Part shown: positions 1 through 13,869 of the stretch, piece by piece
How the letters are laid out: every line of letters begins with the position of its first letter
Numbering within the stretch: the first letter of the stretch is position 1
DNA from: Camelus dromedarius
Lineage: Eukaryota
DNA: 64,000 nt
NCBI RefSeq assembly: GCF_036321535.1
Contig: NC_087447.1
Coordinates: 34,226,001-34,290,000, forward strand
Reading direction: 5' to 3'
Program-made: the position numbers and the translations under genes
Notes under the pieces: generated by a model
Database searches by the model: none
The model's input: the letters and a program-made list of their open reading frames with translations, nothing else
Told to the model about the DNA's origin: nothing

Positions 1-32
1 TAATCTCTGCTACTATTTCCAGCCTTGTCAAG

Positions 33-114
33 TATTGGGTTGAACCAGATAAAAATGCCATTTTTGTGGGTAGAAAGGGGTTAAATACTGGCCATTTCAT
101 ATGTACTACCTATT
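33..114. mobile_element. MADE2-like Tc1/mariner MITE (~80 bp)
   Basis: Degenerate terminal inverted repeats ta-ttgggttgaaccagataaaaatgcc ... ggccatttcatatgtactaccta, with the size and sequence of MADE2. Confidence 0.7.
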
Positions 115-1599
115 TTCAATATATTAGGAAGATACCTACCCCTAAAAGCTAAAATTACACTGCCAGGTGATGAGAAAAATAGAGCAATTTACAGGCACTG
201 ATAAAACATCAGTAAATTCTGAAACTCAGAATCAAATTTCTGTAAGTGTCTCTCAAAGGAATCTCACAAGACTGATCAAGAAATATGTATGTGGGTATAT
301 ATGTGTATGTATGTATACATATATTTTATACATATTTTATATATTATATAAAATATCAAGTCAGAAGAAACAGTCCATCCACAGGCTAACTCCTTAAAAG
401 CCCTTTGCTTTATTTTAGTTCTATAGAATTTCTCCTGCACGATCCCCTTAGAGAAGCAGGATGAGGCCAGGGGAAGGCTTTCATTCCAAGCTGATTTATC
501 TCAAAACTTCACATAAAAGGCAAGCACTAGTCACCCTTCACAACAGTAAAGGGAAACCCAGGTCACATGCCCCTCTCCTCTCCTCCTACCTTCTGGTCCC
601 TTCAGGGGAAAGTGTGAGAAAGATGAGATTCTGGTCAGGTTCTGCCACCCTATCCAACTCTGCATGCCTGTTCCCCTGTTCACACCAATGGGGTAATCTA
701 CTATGTAGGAAAAACCAGCTCATGTCACAGTGTCACCATCTGCACTGTGACCGAAGCCATTACTAAGAGGAAATTTTAATGGAGGAGAGGGAAATTGAGG
801 GTTTTCCAGGACCAGAGGTTAGGTCTGGGGAACCATGGGTTTCTCAGAGCTTCTTGGCTATCTTTGAACAAGGTACTTAATCTCCCCAAGCTTCACTTTT
901 CTTTTCAGTAAAATGGGGTAAATTATCCCTTTCTTGAAAGCCTATTGACTCCTCCCAAGAAACTAATATTTACAGTCTTAGAAAACACAAAACACTGGGT
1001 TAAATTCTTTTCCACATGTTATTATTTCAGTTCATTTTTACCACTAACAAAGTAGATATTATCATCACTTTCCAGATGGGGAAATGGAGGGACAGAGTGT
1101 TTTAAGTGCCTTCCTAAAATCACAGTTATTAAATGGCAGAGTTGGAATTCGAACACTTGCTGGAAAGTGTTTTGTAAGCTATAAAGCCTAGACAAACTCG
1201 GGACATTAACAACCAAACAGCAAGAGCTTCACTGCTATTGAGGAGAAAAATGACCACCTTGTTTCATCCTTTTCCTGGCCCTTCAGTAGTGAGTCAAGGC
1301 AAGTAATCAACCCATTCCAAACTAAATCCAATCTTTACATCAGAAAGACAAAGGGCACTTCACAGAGGAAAGAGTGATTTCTCCCACATCCTTTTGGACA
1401 TGCTTTATGGATGATACTTATGTTCTTTTACAGTGTTTGAAATCTTCTAGAGCAGGGAGAGTTTTAAATCAATATAAACATTACAGGCATTATTTTGGTG
1501 TCAAAATACTCCCATAACAGGGATTTTTCAAACCACCATTTGCCAGTGCTTAGGATTCCTGAGGAAGTTCATGTAAGTTCTTATAAGAATATGATAGTT

Positions 1600-1925
1600 T
1601 GGGGATCAAAACGCTCAAATATGTGCAGGGGCAGGCAGGTAAAAACTAAGTAAAAGAAGGTGGGTATAAGACAATAGGGGATGGTGGGGAGTCTGACTAA
1701 AACAGCCGACACTCACCTAAAGGGGGCAGCTGCTACCCAGTTTTAGCCAATTTTTTCCTGTGGGGTGCCAACTCATTATTGCCCTTTTTTTTTTTTTCCT
1801 AAAAAAAAGCCAGAAAATCTTTTTTTTGTGAAGCTCATTGATTTTCATCTAACTACTGGCAACTGTTTAGTTTTTGTTTTAAAAGGTCTTCTGGGACCTG
1901 AACTTAGCTTGTTGGTCACTGTCCT
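1600..1925. mobile_element. MER102-like hAT DNA transposon remnant
   Basis: Motifs caggggcaggcaggtaa, taagacaatagggg-tggtgggga, aaagggggcagctgctac and gccagaaaatc occur in the order recalled for MER102. Confidence 0.6.
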
Positions 1926-2704
1926 CCATCCTCTGCTTAAGTGAGCACACTGGCATTCATCTACTGACCAGTTCCCAACACACAGATGCCACAGGCTAAC
2001 TAGCTATGCCTCACCAAACTGCCAACAGGAACTCCTAGCTAAGTTCTGGTTCATGGAAGGAAAAACCCCAAAAAACAAAAAACAAAGATGATATAAAAAA
2101 CACCACTTTGATGCTAGGCTGAAACATACGGACTCCATGAAGACATATGCAGGGAAGTGGATCCAAGCATGAAGCCAGATGGCTTTTATATAAACCACCA
2201 TCTACATGGGTATAAATCACCATCCAATTTCTCTTTCAACTCAAGAAGATCTGAAGCTATTTCCTCCCTACCCATCTTCACACTTGCTAAGCTCCTTAAC
2301 CTTATTGAGCACATGTTGCCACTCATAATGCCTCAGTTTCAAAGTAGGTACAATGGGAATTTCTTCAGTAAACATTCACTGAGCATCCACCAGATGCCAG
2401 GCGGTAGGGACAGATGAGACCCTTTGCCCTCAAAGAAGTTAATGTCTGGTGGGATACAAGTGGTTGAGGACAACGTGCTAAAGGATTATCACCTCGATTT
2501 TTCAATGGAGGAAACCAAGGGTCACCAAGGTTAAGTGAGCTGGAAGAGACAGAGAAGGCACTTGCAGATTCCAAGACCACGGCCACGAACACAATTCAGA
2601 TCCTATCAACTTAGAACGCACTATAGTTCTCAGACAAGAGGATATCTAAGGCATCCTCATATTTCCAAAAAGTAAACTGATGGGCTCATTTAAAATATTT
2701 AGTT

Positions 2705-2815
2705 AAACCTTATTGTGGTGATCATTTCACAATATACACAAATGTTGAATCATTATGCTTGTACACTTGATACTAATGTGAAGTTCTGTGCCAATTATAT
2801 CTTAATTCAAAATAA
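2705..2815 (+). mobile_element. L1 extreme 3' end fragment (L1MA/MB-like)
   Basis: ttattgtggtgatcatttcacaatatacaca...gtacacttga...aattatatct...aataaa is a typical L1 3' terminus. Confidence 0.7.
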
Positions 2816-2954
2816 ATTTAGTTAAATTTAAATAAATCTTTCAGAGAGACAGTTCATTTTAAACATTTTAAAGAACTTTGCAAACTGATAGATGTTAATG
2901 TATGCTTGCACAGGTTTATCCCCAAGACTTTTCTTACTCAACTCGAAGGCAAGT

Positions 2955-3131
2955 TTGGCAAAGTGAGGCCACCAGCCCAGCAGCATCAGCATCACCCAAG
3001 AGCTTCTTTAAAATGCAAAGTCTCAGCTTCTCCCTAGACCTGCCACATCAGAAACTCTGCAGGTGAGACCAGCACTGTTTTAACAAGTCCTCCGGGTGAT
3101 TCTCCCGCACATTAAAGCTGAAGCAGCACCG
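2955..3131. mobile_element. MER5A-like hAT-Charlie MITE
   Basis: cagcagcatcagcatcacc...aaatgcaaa...tcagaaactctg...ttttaacaagtcctccgggtgattct...cacattaaag. Confidence 0.8.
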
Positions 3132-3506
3132 GTTGACGAGATTTTGCCAACCAAACCTTACTTCCCATATTAATGAAAATTACCTGTCATCGTGATGTCA
3201 CTTCCACACACCTTCAGAACGAAGTGAAAATATAAAACTGAGAGAGGAGAGACTGGATAGGGGAGAATTTCTTGGCATAGGATGGCTCAAGTTTTTTGAG
3301 AGTATGTACAAGTACACAGTATATGTGATACATTAAAATTTGAGGAGTACCATCGCCCCACTCTCTGGGAAGCTCCTGGATGGCTGGACCATTTTTGTTT
3401 AGCTCATTCACCTAAGAAAGATTAGCTGAGTACTTCCAATGTAAATAGCACTAGGCCAGGCCTGGAAATGTGGAGATTTTTACTGAAATAAAAGATTAAA
3501 AAAAGT

Positions 3507-3592
3507 GGGGAGGGTATAGATCAGTGGTAGAATGAGTGTTTAGCATGCACGAGGTCCTGGGTTCAATCCCCAGTATCTCCATTAAAATATAA

Positions 3593-3631
<39 letters not shown>

Positions 3632-3676
3632 CCTAATCACCTCCCCTGCAATTTTTAAAGTAAAAAAAAATTTTTT
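3507..3676 (+). mobile_element. tRNA-Ala-derived SINE (Vic-1-like, camelid) with internal (TAAA)n expansion
   Basis: Head at 3507-3581 resembles tRNA-Ala(AGC), with A-box and B-box (ggttcaatcc). About 10 TAAA units follow (3591-3631), then acctaatcacctcccc, which is shared with the 15718 copy, and an A-rich tail. Confidence 0.85.
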
Positions 3677-4161
3677 AATAAAAAATTAAAAAAATATGCT
3701 ACACATACTACCAAGCTTTGATGTGACTACCTAGTGTATAAAATATGGGAAATCTCTCAGAAAGTGTGCTTTTTAAACATCTTATTAATTACCAGGCAAA
3801 CACACACCAATTGGGGAGCATAGTCCCTACTCATGAGCTTATATTCACATCTAAAATACCCGGTATCCACTTCTAAATACTAGATAAAATGGCCTTCACT
3901 GCTCAGTAGCAGAGGCAGCCCACAGTATGGGTGCAGCCCTAGAAACTAAATGTGGATTTCTGTATTCCCTACACTTGCAGGCAATGGCTTGTGGTCAATG
4001 TACAGATGGAAAACTCTGAAGTGTTCTATCAAGGGAGGCAACTTCCAGCCCACTCAGAAACCAAGGGGCTCACAGGAGCAAAATGAGCCTCCGCTGTAAA
4101 GCCCAAAGAGCTCTCCTCCTGTCTAATACAGTTAGAGTCCTCCACTTGACACCCAGAGCAC

Positions 4162-4706
4162 ATTAGTTTCCTATTGCTGCTTTCACAAATTACCACAAAC
4201 TTTAGTGGCTTAAAACAACACAGAGTTATTATTTTACAGTTCTAAGGGGTCAGACGTCCAAAAGCAGCATCAGTGGGCAAAATCAAGGAGTCAGCAGGGC
4301 TGCCCCTATTCTGGAGGCTCAGGGAGAGAATCGGTTTCCTTGTCTTTTTTAGCTTTTGGAGGCCACCTGCGTTCCTTGGCTCATGGCCCATTCTTCCATC
4401 TTCAAAGCCAGCCAAATAACATCTTCCAGCCTCATTCTCTCTCATTCATGCTCTTTCTTTTTCCCTCCCTCTCTCCCTCTCTGACCCTGCTTCCAGGGTC
4501 ACATTTTCTCTCTCACCTTCCTGCCTGTCTTAGAATGCTTGGGATCCCACTGGGCCTGCCCAGGTAATCCGGGATAATCTTCCTATCTCAAAATCCTTAA
4601 CCTAATCACCTCCGCAGAGTCCCCTTTGTCATTTAAGAGACCATATTCATAGGATTGAGGATTAGAATGTGGACATCGTTGGGGGTCCATTGTTCAGCCT
4701 ACCATA
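4162..4706 (-). mobile_element. MLT1-family (MaLR) solo LTR
   Basis: attagtttcctattgctgct...aaattaccacaaact...gtggcttaaaacaaca at one end and gattagaatgtggacatc...ttcagcctaccata at the other. Confidence 0.88.
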
Positions 4707-5139
4707 CTTTTTGAGTATGAAAAACCTTTCCAATGCACAAGTCAATAGTTAGGAAATATATGACTTGTAAACAGGGGAGGAATAATGGTCTAATAATATG
4801 CTCTCTTCATGAGCCAGGATGATGCCAGTGTTTTTAACACCATCTCTCATTCCTCCCTGACAACCTTAGGTGGCAGCTTCCATAGTAAAGGGATACCCCT
4901 TTTACAGAGGAAGAAGATTTTCGGTAACTTGCCCAGCACACACGCTCAGTATGTGAGACCCAAGTCTGCCTGATTCCAGAGTCTGTGCTTATTTTTCTTT
5001 ACCCCAGATCTCCTGCCGGTGACGCAATGCCTCAGCCTAAAGCTCTACCCTTACCTTCACGAGGGGCTAGCATTACATATGTAATTTTTGTACCTCCATG
5101 TCAATCGTTTTTCCTTCTCCAATCTATTTCCTCAAATGC

Positions 5140-5400
5140 AGACTAGCATAAGAGTTAAGGGAATGGATTCTAGAGCCAGGCCTGCAGGGTTCAAAGCCCA
5201 GTCTGTTACTTATTAGCTGTGTGACCTAAGGCAAGTTACAAAACCGCGCTCTGCCCCAGTTTCCTCATCTGTGCAATGGAAACCATAAAAGTATCTGCTC
5301 TCATAGTTTTATGAAGATAAAATCAGTTATAACATAGATAAAATGTCTAAAACATTGTTCCACTACTGTGTAAGCACTTGTATTATTATTATATAAAATA
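5140..5400 (+). mobile_element. MIR SINE (near full length)
   Basis: Head gggttcaaagcccag and core tagctgtgtgacctaaggcaagttac...cagtttcctcatctgt. Confidence 0.85.
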
Positions 5401-8400
5401 CACTACGCTAGTAGTATATAAGCATTTGCTATTATTATTATATAAAAACCTAGACAGAATTAGGCACAAAGGCAATAACCTAGGCTCCACAGCATGAAGG
5501 GAAAAGGACGACAGCTTCCTTAACAGGACTCACATGCGGCCCCCGGCAGAGCACAGCTGATGGCACCAGAGTCAAAGTTCCCCACACCCTTTAATGGAAT
5601 TAAGAAAACATATTTCTCACTTCACAGGGCTGTTATGAGAAGAAAATGAGTTAAAACATGTAAAGCATGAAGAACACTGGTTATCATTTTTATTATCAAT
5701 GTTAATCATCTCTGGCAGTTGTTCGGATGCCAAAAAAATGCTTACCTCCTAGAACATAACAGAACTCAGTAAACGAAAAATTAGCTGCAAAGTCCTATCT
5801 GGGTCCTCTGGATTAACCAAGGAAGAAAGGAATTAAAAAAGGAAAGATATTTCTAGAATAGTGCTAAATATCCATTTCTTAAACCCAATAAAGAACTTCC
5901 TAGTGAACACCCAGTGCTCAAATCACTGCTCAGTGGAAGATAATGGTACTAGAATAATGGTATGTTACAATTCTCTAGCCCCATGGACATGTCCAGGCCA
6001 GCTCTCTCTTTGGTCTTTCCATTTGTCCGTCTATCCATCCAACATTTATTAAACACCTACTATATGCCAGTCATCTAAATGATAGGTGCTTAGATCCTCA
6101 GCTGAAAGTCATGGCATCTCCTTCAAGAGGACAATTCAACAAACCACCACAAAGAGCTTGTTATGAGACATGCAGGCACAGGACACCTGGGGACACTAGG
6201 GACACCAGGCACACAATTATCTCAACTACTTGAGGTAACAGTTGACCTGAATGTTAAAGGTCACATTACCCAGGTGAGACAATCATCAGGTCTTCCTGGC
6301 AGACTGGACAGTGTGCATCCAAGTATAAAGACATGAGAGTACAGGGCCCTCTTGGGACACCCCAAGTTCCAGTATGGCTGGGATAGATTTTGAGTGGCCA
6401 AGTGGCAGGAGATGATGGTAACCAGTGAAGTAACTAGTGAAGATGGTAAAGGCCTTTCTACTGTGTGCTCAAGAGTATGGAGAGGTAAATGGGGAGCCAA
6501 TGACAGTCTTGAACAGAGAGTGACCCAAGAGGTAAGAGGCAGAGGTGGAGATTGCTGCCATCCTTGAAGGAGAATACTGGCCAAAAACAGAGGCAGTGAC
6601 GCCGGATGTCACTTGAACAGGAAGCAGGGGATGCTTCCGGCCAGTCTTGGTCCTGGACTCTCCACTTCGTTTTAAATTCTAAGGGGCCCGTGGGCTGTTT
6701 GCTCCTCATTCCACCTTGGTTCTGAAACGTGTGTGCCCCTAGGGCCATGTAAAAATAGGTCCGAAGGCCCAGGGAAGAGGCAACCCAGCTGCCTAAGGCT
6801 CTCAGACACTCCCCAGGCATGTGGCTGGCTTTCTGGCAGCTGCTGGGAGGGCTCAGGGTCACTAGGGCTGGAAACCCGATTTCTGTTACAGATGCCCCAG
6901 CTCCCACCCGCCCCCCAACCTCCGGCCCAGGAAGCTCTGTGGATAAGGCAGTCAGAGGTATCTGGCACCCAGGCTCTTCCAGGGCTTCTCAAGAGGCTGC
7001 CGTTCGCTAGGAGCCACCTGCCCCTTTTTCAGCTCTTGAGTTCCCATCCCCAGGTCAACTGAGGCCTTTCCCAGAAATATTCACTCTCCTCCCTTCTCGC
7101 TAAACCCCAGACAAACCCAGCTGGTTCTACTGTGTCCACAAATGAGAAATAAGGAGGGCAGGGAAGGGCGAGGTAGAGACTATTTTTATTAGACCCCTTT
7201 CCTGTTGCAAAAACGAACATCACAGGCTCTCAAAATAGGCCAACTTGGGTTCCAGCTCCAACTCTGCCTCCGAGGTCAGTAGTCTGAGATAAAAAATAAC
7301 CTTTTAAAGCCCAGTCTCTGCGTGCAAAATATAAATAATCGCACCCAGTCCTGGGGCTGCTCCTTCCCACATTTCCCAGGGGAGGAATTTCAAGTGGTGA
7401 GAGGCCAAGGGGATTATCCAGGACCATACTGTCTAACCAACCCCTCCCTCAATGGTGGGCTGGCCATTCCTGAAACATCTGTTTCTTTAAGAATACTGCG
7501 GTACCTTGAAAAATCATCATCATATTAGGAGCTAACGTGGACCGTCTGCTGCCCCTGTGCCCAGCAGTGTGCGGACACTGCATACAGGTTGCCTCGTGTA
7601 TGCTGTAAAGCAACCCTGGGAGGAGGTACTACTACTAACCGCATTAAAGAAACTGGTCCCCTGAGAGTCCAGGGAGCATGCCTTGGGTCACAAGTAGCTG
7701 GCCTCCAGAGCCCATGCTCTTAGCCCTGGTGCCCGGCACCCTGCAGAGGTCAGAGGTGACGATGGCCTAGTCGATGGGCTCTTTCCCTAGAGGAGACTTG
7801 GGAGAACCTGCGGAAAGAGAGCTGAAACCTGATGCCTGGGGAGGGGCTCCTAGGTTTCATCACACTGTGTATTCTCAGGGGCTGCCTTCTGAAGGGGGGC
7901 TTCAGAGGCACATGTGACAGTGGGGACGGGGAGGGAAGCGGCAGGTAAAAGGGAGAGACTAAGACAGACCTGTCCTGGCTGCCTAACCACATTTAGGGCA
8001 GTAATTCAGTTACAGCTTTCACATGTGGGCCTCCACGGATGATTTTACTTGGAACAGAAGTTTGAAAACCAATGTCCTGTCCTTCTGTGTCTACATGCAA
8101 ATTCCTATTGTTTTGGGAACTTAGGCGCGGGCTTTTTTCCACAGCCACCCCTGAAAGGACAGGCTGTGGAGCAGAGCTGAGCCCCAAGCAGAGGGGCCCC
8201 GAACATGGGGTCTGTGGAGCCCCTGGGGGCACATGGGCCCGCCTTGGGGAGCCATGATCTGCTCGGGCTGTGTGCAAAATTCCAGGGGATGTGTGATGGG
8301 GCGAGGGAGAGGGCCAGTGCGTCCCCAAATACATAAGTGACTACTAAAACAAATCATCGTGACTGTAGGAACCGCCCTTCCCTGAGTACTGACCACACAC

Positions 8401-8409
8401 TAGGAGGGC

Positions 8410-8710
8410 GGGGATGATAAGGTCACCCAACCGCACAGGGCTGTTGGGAGGATGAACTACGGGGACATCTGTGAAGCCCTTAGCGTGGCACCTGGCACAC
8501 GGCAAGCACTCTGCAAGCGTCATGGTTTATTATTATCACCACCCGTTATTATCGCTTTTACGACCTCATTAGTCCTCACAAAAACTTTATGAGGTACGTA
8601 TTATTATCAACCCCACTTTATAGAACAGGAAATAGAGGTTTCAAAAGATTAAATAATGAGCTGAAGGCTGCAGAAGAGCGGAGAAGGATCTCAAACTCGG
8701 CCTGCCTTGG
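8410..8710. mobile_element. Two MIR fragments, tail to tail
   Basis: A plus-strand MIR 3' part (cagggctgttgggaggatga...cacctggcacac) is followed by a minus-strand MIR (attattatc...ccactttatag...gaaatagagg). Confidence 0.65.
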
Positions 8711-11700
8711 TTGCCCACTCCAGGCAGGCCCTCAGTCTGGAAGGGCTGTGGGAAGAAGGCAGGAGCCCCCCGAGGCCTGGAGGAGGCAGGCAGCCAGCGC
8801 ACAGCACTGGGAGACCCCAGATGACCCCAGGCTGGAGCCAGAGGGGAAAACAGGCCAGGCTTTCTGCTGAAAGGGCGAGTAGCTGGGCTAACTTTGTAGC
8901 TCTCCTCATCAGCAACACAAAGCCAAGCCGCTTAAAATAATGATTAAAAAAAAAACAAAACCACCCCCTGCAGCATCCTTTCCTGGGCTCCAAAGTGAGA
9001 GCCATGTCTGGGAGTACAGTGGGATCAAGGCACGAGGCAGTGGTGGCCCCAGTGCCCGCTGGCTGAGCTCCAAGCAAAGTTTCTCCTTCCAAACACATAC
9101 ACAGCTCGGCTGAACATACCATTTGAAAGCCAAAAAGATGCCCCTGGGTTGCCATGGCAATGCTAAACAGACAAAACATCTAAACCAGCTCTGACGCAGA
9201 CACAAACTTATTTAAGGGCCAAATGGACAGACGAGGGGTGGGGTGGGGGAAGTGTTGTTCCAACAGTTCCATCTCCAAGGATTTGGCCCCCAAAACATCT
9301 AGGTCAGACTGAAACAGGGCAAAGGACTCCTTCAACACAAGCTGAGCTGGGCTTGCTCAGGAAAGGGGAGCCACGGCCAGGCCTCCATGCATTTTGGTCC
9401 AGATACAGTCCTGTTTCACGAGGGCCACGAGAGGGTGACAGTAGATGCCGTTGGTCCTGGCTCTGCCTCTCCCTGGGGGCAGCCCTCTGCTCCCAGGCAC
9501 CCGGCTCTCTTTAAGGAAGCAAGGAGGAAGAGACTGGCCCAGAGCAGGCTCAGGAGGGTCAAGTGTACTCAGGGGTGTGCACTGGCTCAGATATCTTAAA
9601 GCACTGTGTGGATGCTGCGTTAGTGTTGGTATCCATAATGTTAACCACCACTTCCCACACCCCGTGGTTGACCTTCCACCCATAGGAGTGGATCACCATG
9701 GATATTCTCCTGCAGAAAACTTCACTCTGGGCCTAATGAGGTCGGACCCTGAGATGCTGCCACCTGGGGAGTGAGGATGAGGCAGAAGGCTCATCCCAGT
9801 TCTGAACAGAATGCCATGCCCACGGGGTCTGTCCTACTCTGGGCTCTTTCAGGTTCCATCCCTCATTTCAGACACAACAGGCCCAAGGCCAGAAGAGTCT
9901 CACCAGACATAGCTTTTGACACTTGGTAAGATCAATGAGAAAACGTCACAAAACCTTCCTCTGTATTTACCTGAGGATGTCATGGACCTTGCAATCTCCA
10001 GAAATGAGAATCCTTGTCCATCCATCATTCCCAGTGGCGAACCCTCTTGCCTTTCAAGACTCATGCCTTAAAAGTTTTTCTTAAATCTCCCCTGCCCGGG
10101 GTGGAATGGGCCCCCTGGGCCATGCACAGATGTCTGTGGGAGCCACTGCACTATTCTATTGTTCTCTGGTCTCCTGCCCAATCATCCCTGAGCTCCCTGA
10201 GGGCAGGGAGCCCAGCTTGTTCACCTGGGTATCCACCTGGCCTAGCCCAGTGGCCAGCATTGGTTAGCAGTCTGTGAATGTTTGCTGATTGACAGGCCAA
10301 AAGGAAGCAGTGCCATGCCCATAAGGCTTATGCATCAAGGCCCCTGGAATTCTCTAGTTCACATGCCACAGATGTCTGCTTTTACTTCCACATCCTCTGG
10401 GAAGAGAGCAGGACTTGGAAGCAGAGCCTGGAGTGCAGGAGTTAGAGAATGGAGCTCTGGACAGCCTGGTGGGTCTGGAGGAGGGGGATACATGAGGAGG
10501 GTGGGGGGAAGAAGGACCCAACTTGCAAAACCAAAGCACTCATGCCAACCCACCAATCAGCTAATGAAATAATTTGCCCCTTGAAACAGAAATAGTACCC
10601 ATTCCTCCTACTCTGAAGCAAAACTGTTTCTCTTTGGTTCCATCGTTAAAGGGCCCTGAAGATGCTGTATTTTTAGGGTGTGAGCACATTAACTCTATGC
10701 TGAGGATTTTCAATGGAGTCAGAGTTACCCTCCTAGCAGGTACTCTCCCTAATTCTCTTCTCCTTGTATGTCTTCTTTTTGCCAACATGATGCCCTGCAT
10801 ACAACCTTCCCTTCCACTCTCGTCCAAACAGGCAATACTTAGCAAACAACAAATCTTTATCAATGGCTGCCCTAAGCCTCACTGGAAGTTTAACCTTCTA
10901 GGAATCTAGAAATGGCAGCTCACCTGCTATTCCACATTCCCAAATTATGCTTCCCACGAACAGAGATGCTTTAGCTCTGCACATGCTCACACATGCATAC
11001 ACAAAAGTGTCCTCTTAGCCAGAACAACACCTGTGCCCATCTGTAAGCACTTCCTGGGTGCCCCAGGTGAGCTCTGCCTTACGGATTTGACATTGTTTTG
11101 TGAGGTAGGTGACAGGACCATGGCCCTGTTGTCCTTATCACCATCTTTCTCATTTCCTACAGAACAGAATGACTGTGGAGGTTCTAACATTCTCCTCGAC
11201 TCACATCCTGTATGCAGAGCTTTTCTCTGCTACTTTTACCATCAGACTTTGTCTGCCTCCCCGCCCCTGGGCTGGAAATAATTACCACGGACAAATATAG
11301 GATTTTTATATTCCCGTGTTCTGAAATAACACAGCCCATGAAAAAAATTAACAATACTTCCACAGCTGAAAGGGTTATGGAAAACCCACAAAATTGCACT
11401 GATGCTCTGTAGCATTTATATACAACATTCACATAAACCACATTGGCACAGAAGAATCTAAGGTGATGGTATTATTTTATAAGCTTGAAAGTGGACTTTA
11501 ATGACAAATACCTCCTCCAACAGAAAGTACCGAAAATACAAATGCACCGAACAGAATAAAAGGCTCACTGCCTTAAACCCTCAGTTCCACATACATGTTT
11601 TAATGGGCTGCGCCAAACACATCCATATCCATCCCAAGGGGAAAATACTACATCTCTTTCATGTGAAGATGTGACTGCATATGTAAAATGCTTGCACTAA

Positions 11701-13045
11701 AATTAAATCTTCCATCTTCCAGATTTTCTCAATTATTAATACACCAGACAGCTGCAGGGGCTTTAGCAAAAATAGCAGCCAAGTTTTTCCAAACGTCAAA
11801 GCAGCCATGAGATGTCTGCGTGGGGACTTTCCTACCAGAGGACTGGCTGCTCTCTGGAACAAACAAAAAGAACCAAAATCTCCAGTGAGAGAAACTTGTT
11901 TCTGAAATGTAACATGAAAAATGACACACACCACCCCACCGTCATGCCACACACACTCACTCCTCTTTAGAAGAAGAAACTGTGTGCTTGAAAAAAAAAA
12001 AAAAAAGTTGACTGAGGGGAAAAAAGTTGACTAAAAAGGCTATCTCTTCAATTCATTAGGATAACAAACAGTTCAGAAAATTCAACAGTAAATCCAAAGA
12101 ATGCCAATCACTTCAGTGTGTTCTGGTATGAGATATCCAATCGTGTCTACTCAAAGGGAGTGGGGTGACAGTAGAAAAACGAATTATGCCTTTTTTCTTT
12201 TTTTTTTAGATTTCTGGAAGCAAATTAACAACAACAACAACAAAAAGTTATCCTTCAGTTGCCATCTTCTAAACAGGTAGTAGCGTCATCTTGACAGACT
12301 CTGATAATATACACACTCTTTGTGGAAATATTCACATTTGAAAAGCATTTCAAAGGGGAAAACTAAGCACTCAGAGTATCACAATTCAACGGTTCCTGAA
12401 CTCAATAGTGATCATGAATTTTTAATTCAGATTATGTGCAGGACATCTAACAAGAATAGATTTTTTTTTTTTTTAAGATTTTTTTTTAAGCTGTAGTATC
12501 AGAGCTTAAGCACATCATACCAGAGAGAATGTCACTTGTCCAGGTTACACTGAGAATGGTCTGGATGAGATTGCACATTTCACATTTCCTGTCACAGTTC
12601 TGATTTCACATCATTCTAACCCTTAAAGCCAATCAGATCACATGCCCCAATTTCTGGGCAGTATGATACCATCGCTTTGTCTGTGCCTCAGCACCATACA
12701 CAGACAGAAACTGCTGTCGGTCTTCGAGGAAGGAGAAAGTCATATCAGCCCAAGACGTAAACCAGGTTATGTGTGCACCGGTTCTGCATAACTTGTTTCT
12801 AAGAAAAAGGACCATATTTCATTTTCGCTGTCTCAATGATCCACATAAAAATCACAGCCATTTTTCAGTAAATGCCAACAAATGTCAGAGAAGCAGACCA
12901 CGGCTATTTGGAAATGGCTGTTAGTTTATTAATACAATCCCCTAGGGTAAGGCCTGTGGTGTGAATGTTTTCAAGATGGTCAATATCATTTAGAGGCAGG
13001 GCTTACTAACATAACACAAACACCCACTGCCCATGGACGACTTAC

Positions 13046-13098
13046 CATTTGCGATCTGTTCTTCGGACAGCCATTGATGTCTTCAATCTTTTCATTTG
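13046..13098 (-). CDS. NAV2: NAV2 internal coding exon (next CH-domain exon), 53 bp, phase 1 to 0
   Basis: Minus strand reads ttcttttttcag|CAAATGAAAAGATTGAAGACATCAATGGCTGTCCGAAGAACAGATCGCAAATG|gtaagt. With the G from the previous exon it gives ANEKIEDINGCPKNRSQM, the expected NAV2 continuation. A CTGAC branch-point candidate has its A at 13118. The ORF track shows this exon only in the wrong frame. Confidence 0.95.
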
Positions 13099-13869
13099 CT
13101 GAAAAAAGAAACACAAGTCAGAAAAATAATCATCACTTTGAGCAGTGATGTTCAGGACCCTTGAGGCCAAGCAAATCCTAAGGCCCATACTGGGGTTTGT
13201 CCAACCAAACACAGGCATGTGAAACACTGAGACGCATCTCGCAAGCTTCAGGACTTACTCATCAAGCCGCCGTCCTCCAGGGACAGCTGGGGCAAGGTCG
13301 CTGTCATTCAAGGCAGAGACAACTGCATTGACGACAGTCTTGGAGGTTTGGCGCATCGTGGAAATGTTTGGAGACTGGTAAACAGACTGAGCTGTGACTG
13401 TGCTTTAGGCTCTTAAAGGCAACTGCAACTTCCCCACAGAAGATGGGGGGCTTCAGAGTGGATCAGTCCAGGCACAACTCAGCTCCTGGGGACAAAAGCC
13501 ACAGATGATAGCAACCCACCCCCTCTTTAGCCGGAAATAGTAAGATGGCTTTTGTTTGCCCTAATCCTATTCTCAAAGTGATGACAAGTGGAAAAACAAG
13601 ATTTTAAAAATGGGACATCCATGCTAAGTCCAAATGAGATCTGAAACACACACTACTGAAGTCATAGTAACACCTAGCTACTTAGAGAAGTGGTAGAAAG
13701 AGGTTGCACTCAATTAGCTGGAAATTGAATAGCAGAAACAGGCAAGAAAGGCCCAGGTGCCCATGGTGAATGTGCATCATCCTAAGTATGGAAAAATCCT
13801 TGCAAGACACATCCTGGGACATCTGAGTTTGCAACTGCAGTGCGACAAGAAAGGCAAGAAACTGTGTGC

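Larger units (their letters stand above)
1..13045 (-). other. NAV2: NAV2 downstream intron (continues beyond the window)
   Basis: Donor gtaagt begins at 13045. The expected next exon (IENIDACLNFLAAKG...) was not seen in 1-13045. Confidence 0.78.

Noticed and set aside
3507..3581. Apparent tRNA-Ala(AGC) gene (also 15718-15793)
   Set aside because: Stem mismatches, a shared non-tRNA 3' segment, an A-rich tail and a TSD show these are SINE heads.
13042..13227. 61-aa minus-strand ORF
   Set aside because: It overlaps the 53-bp NAV2 exon in the wrong frame.
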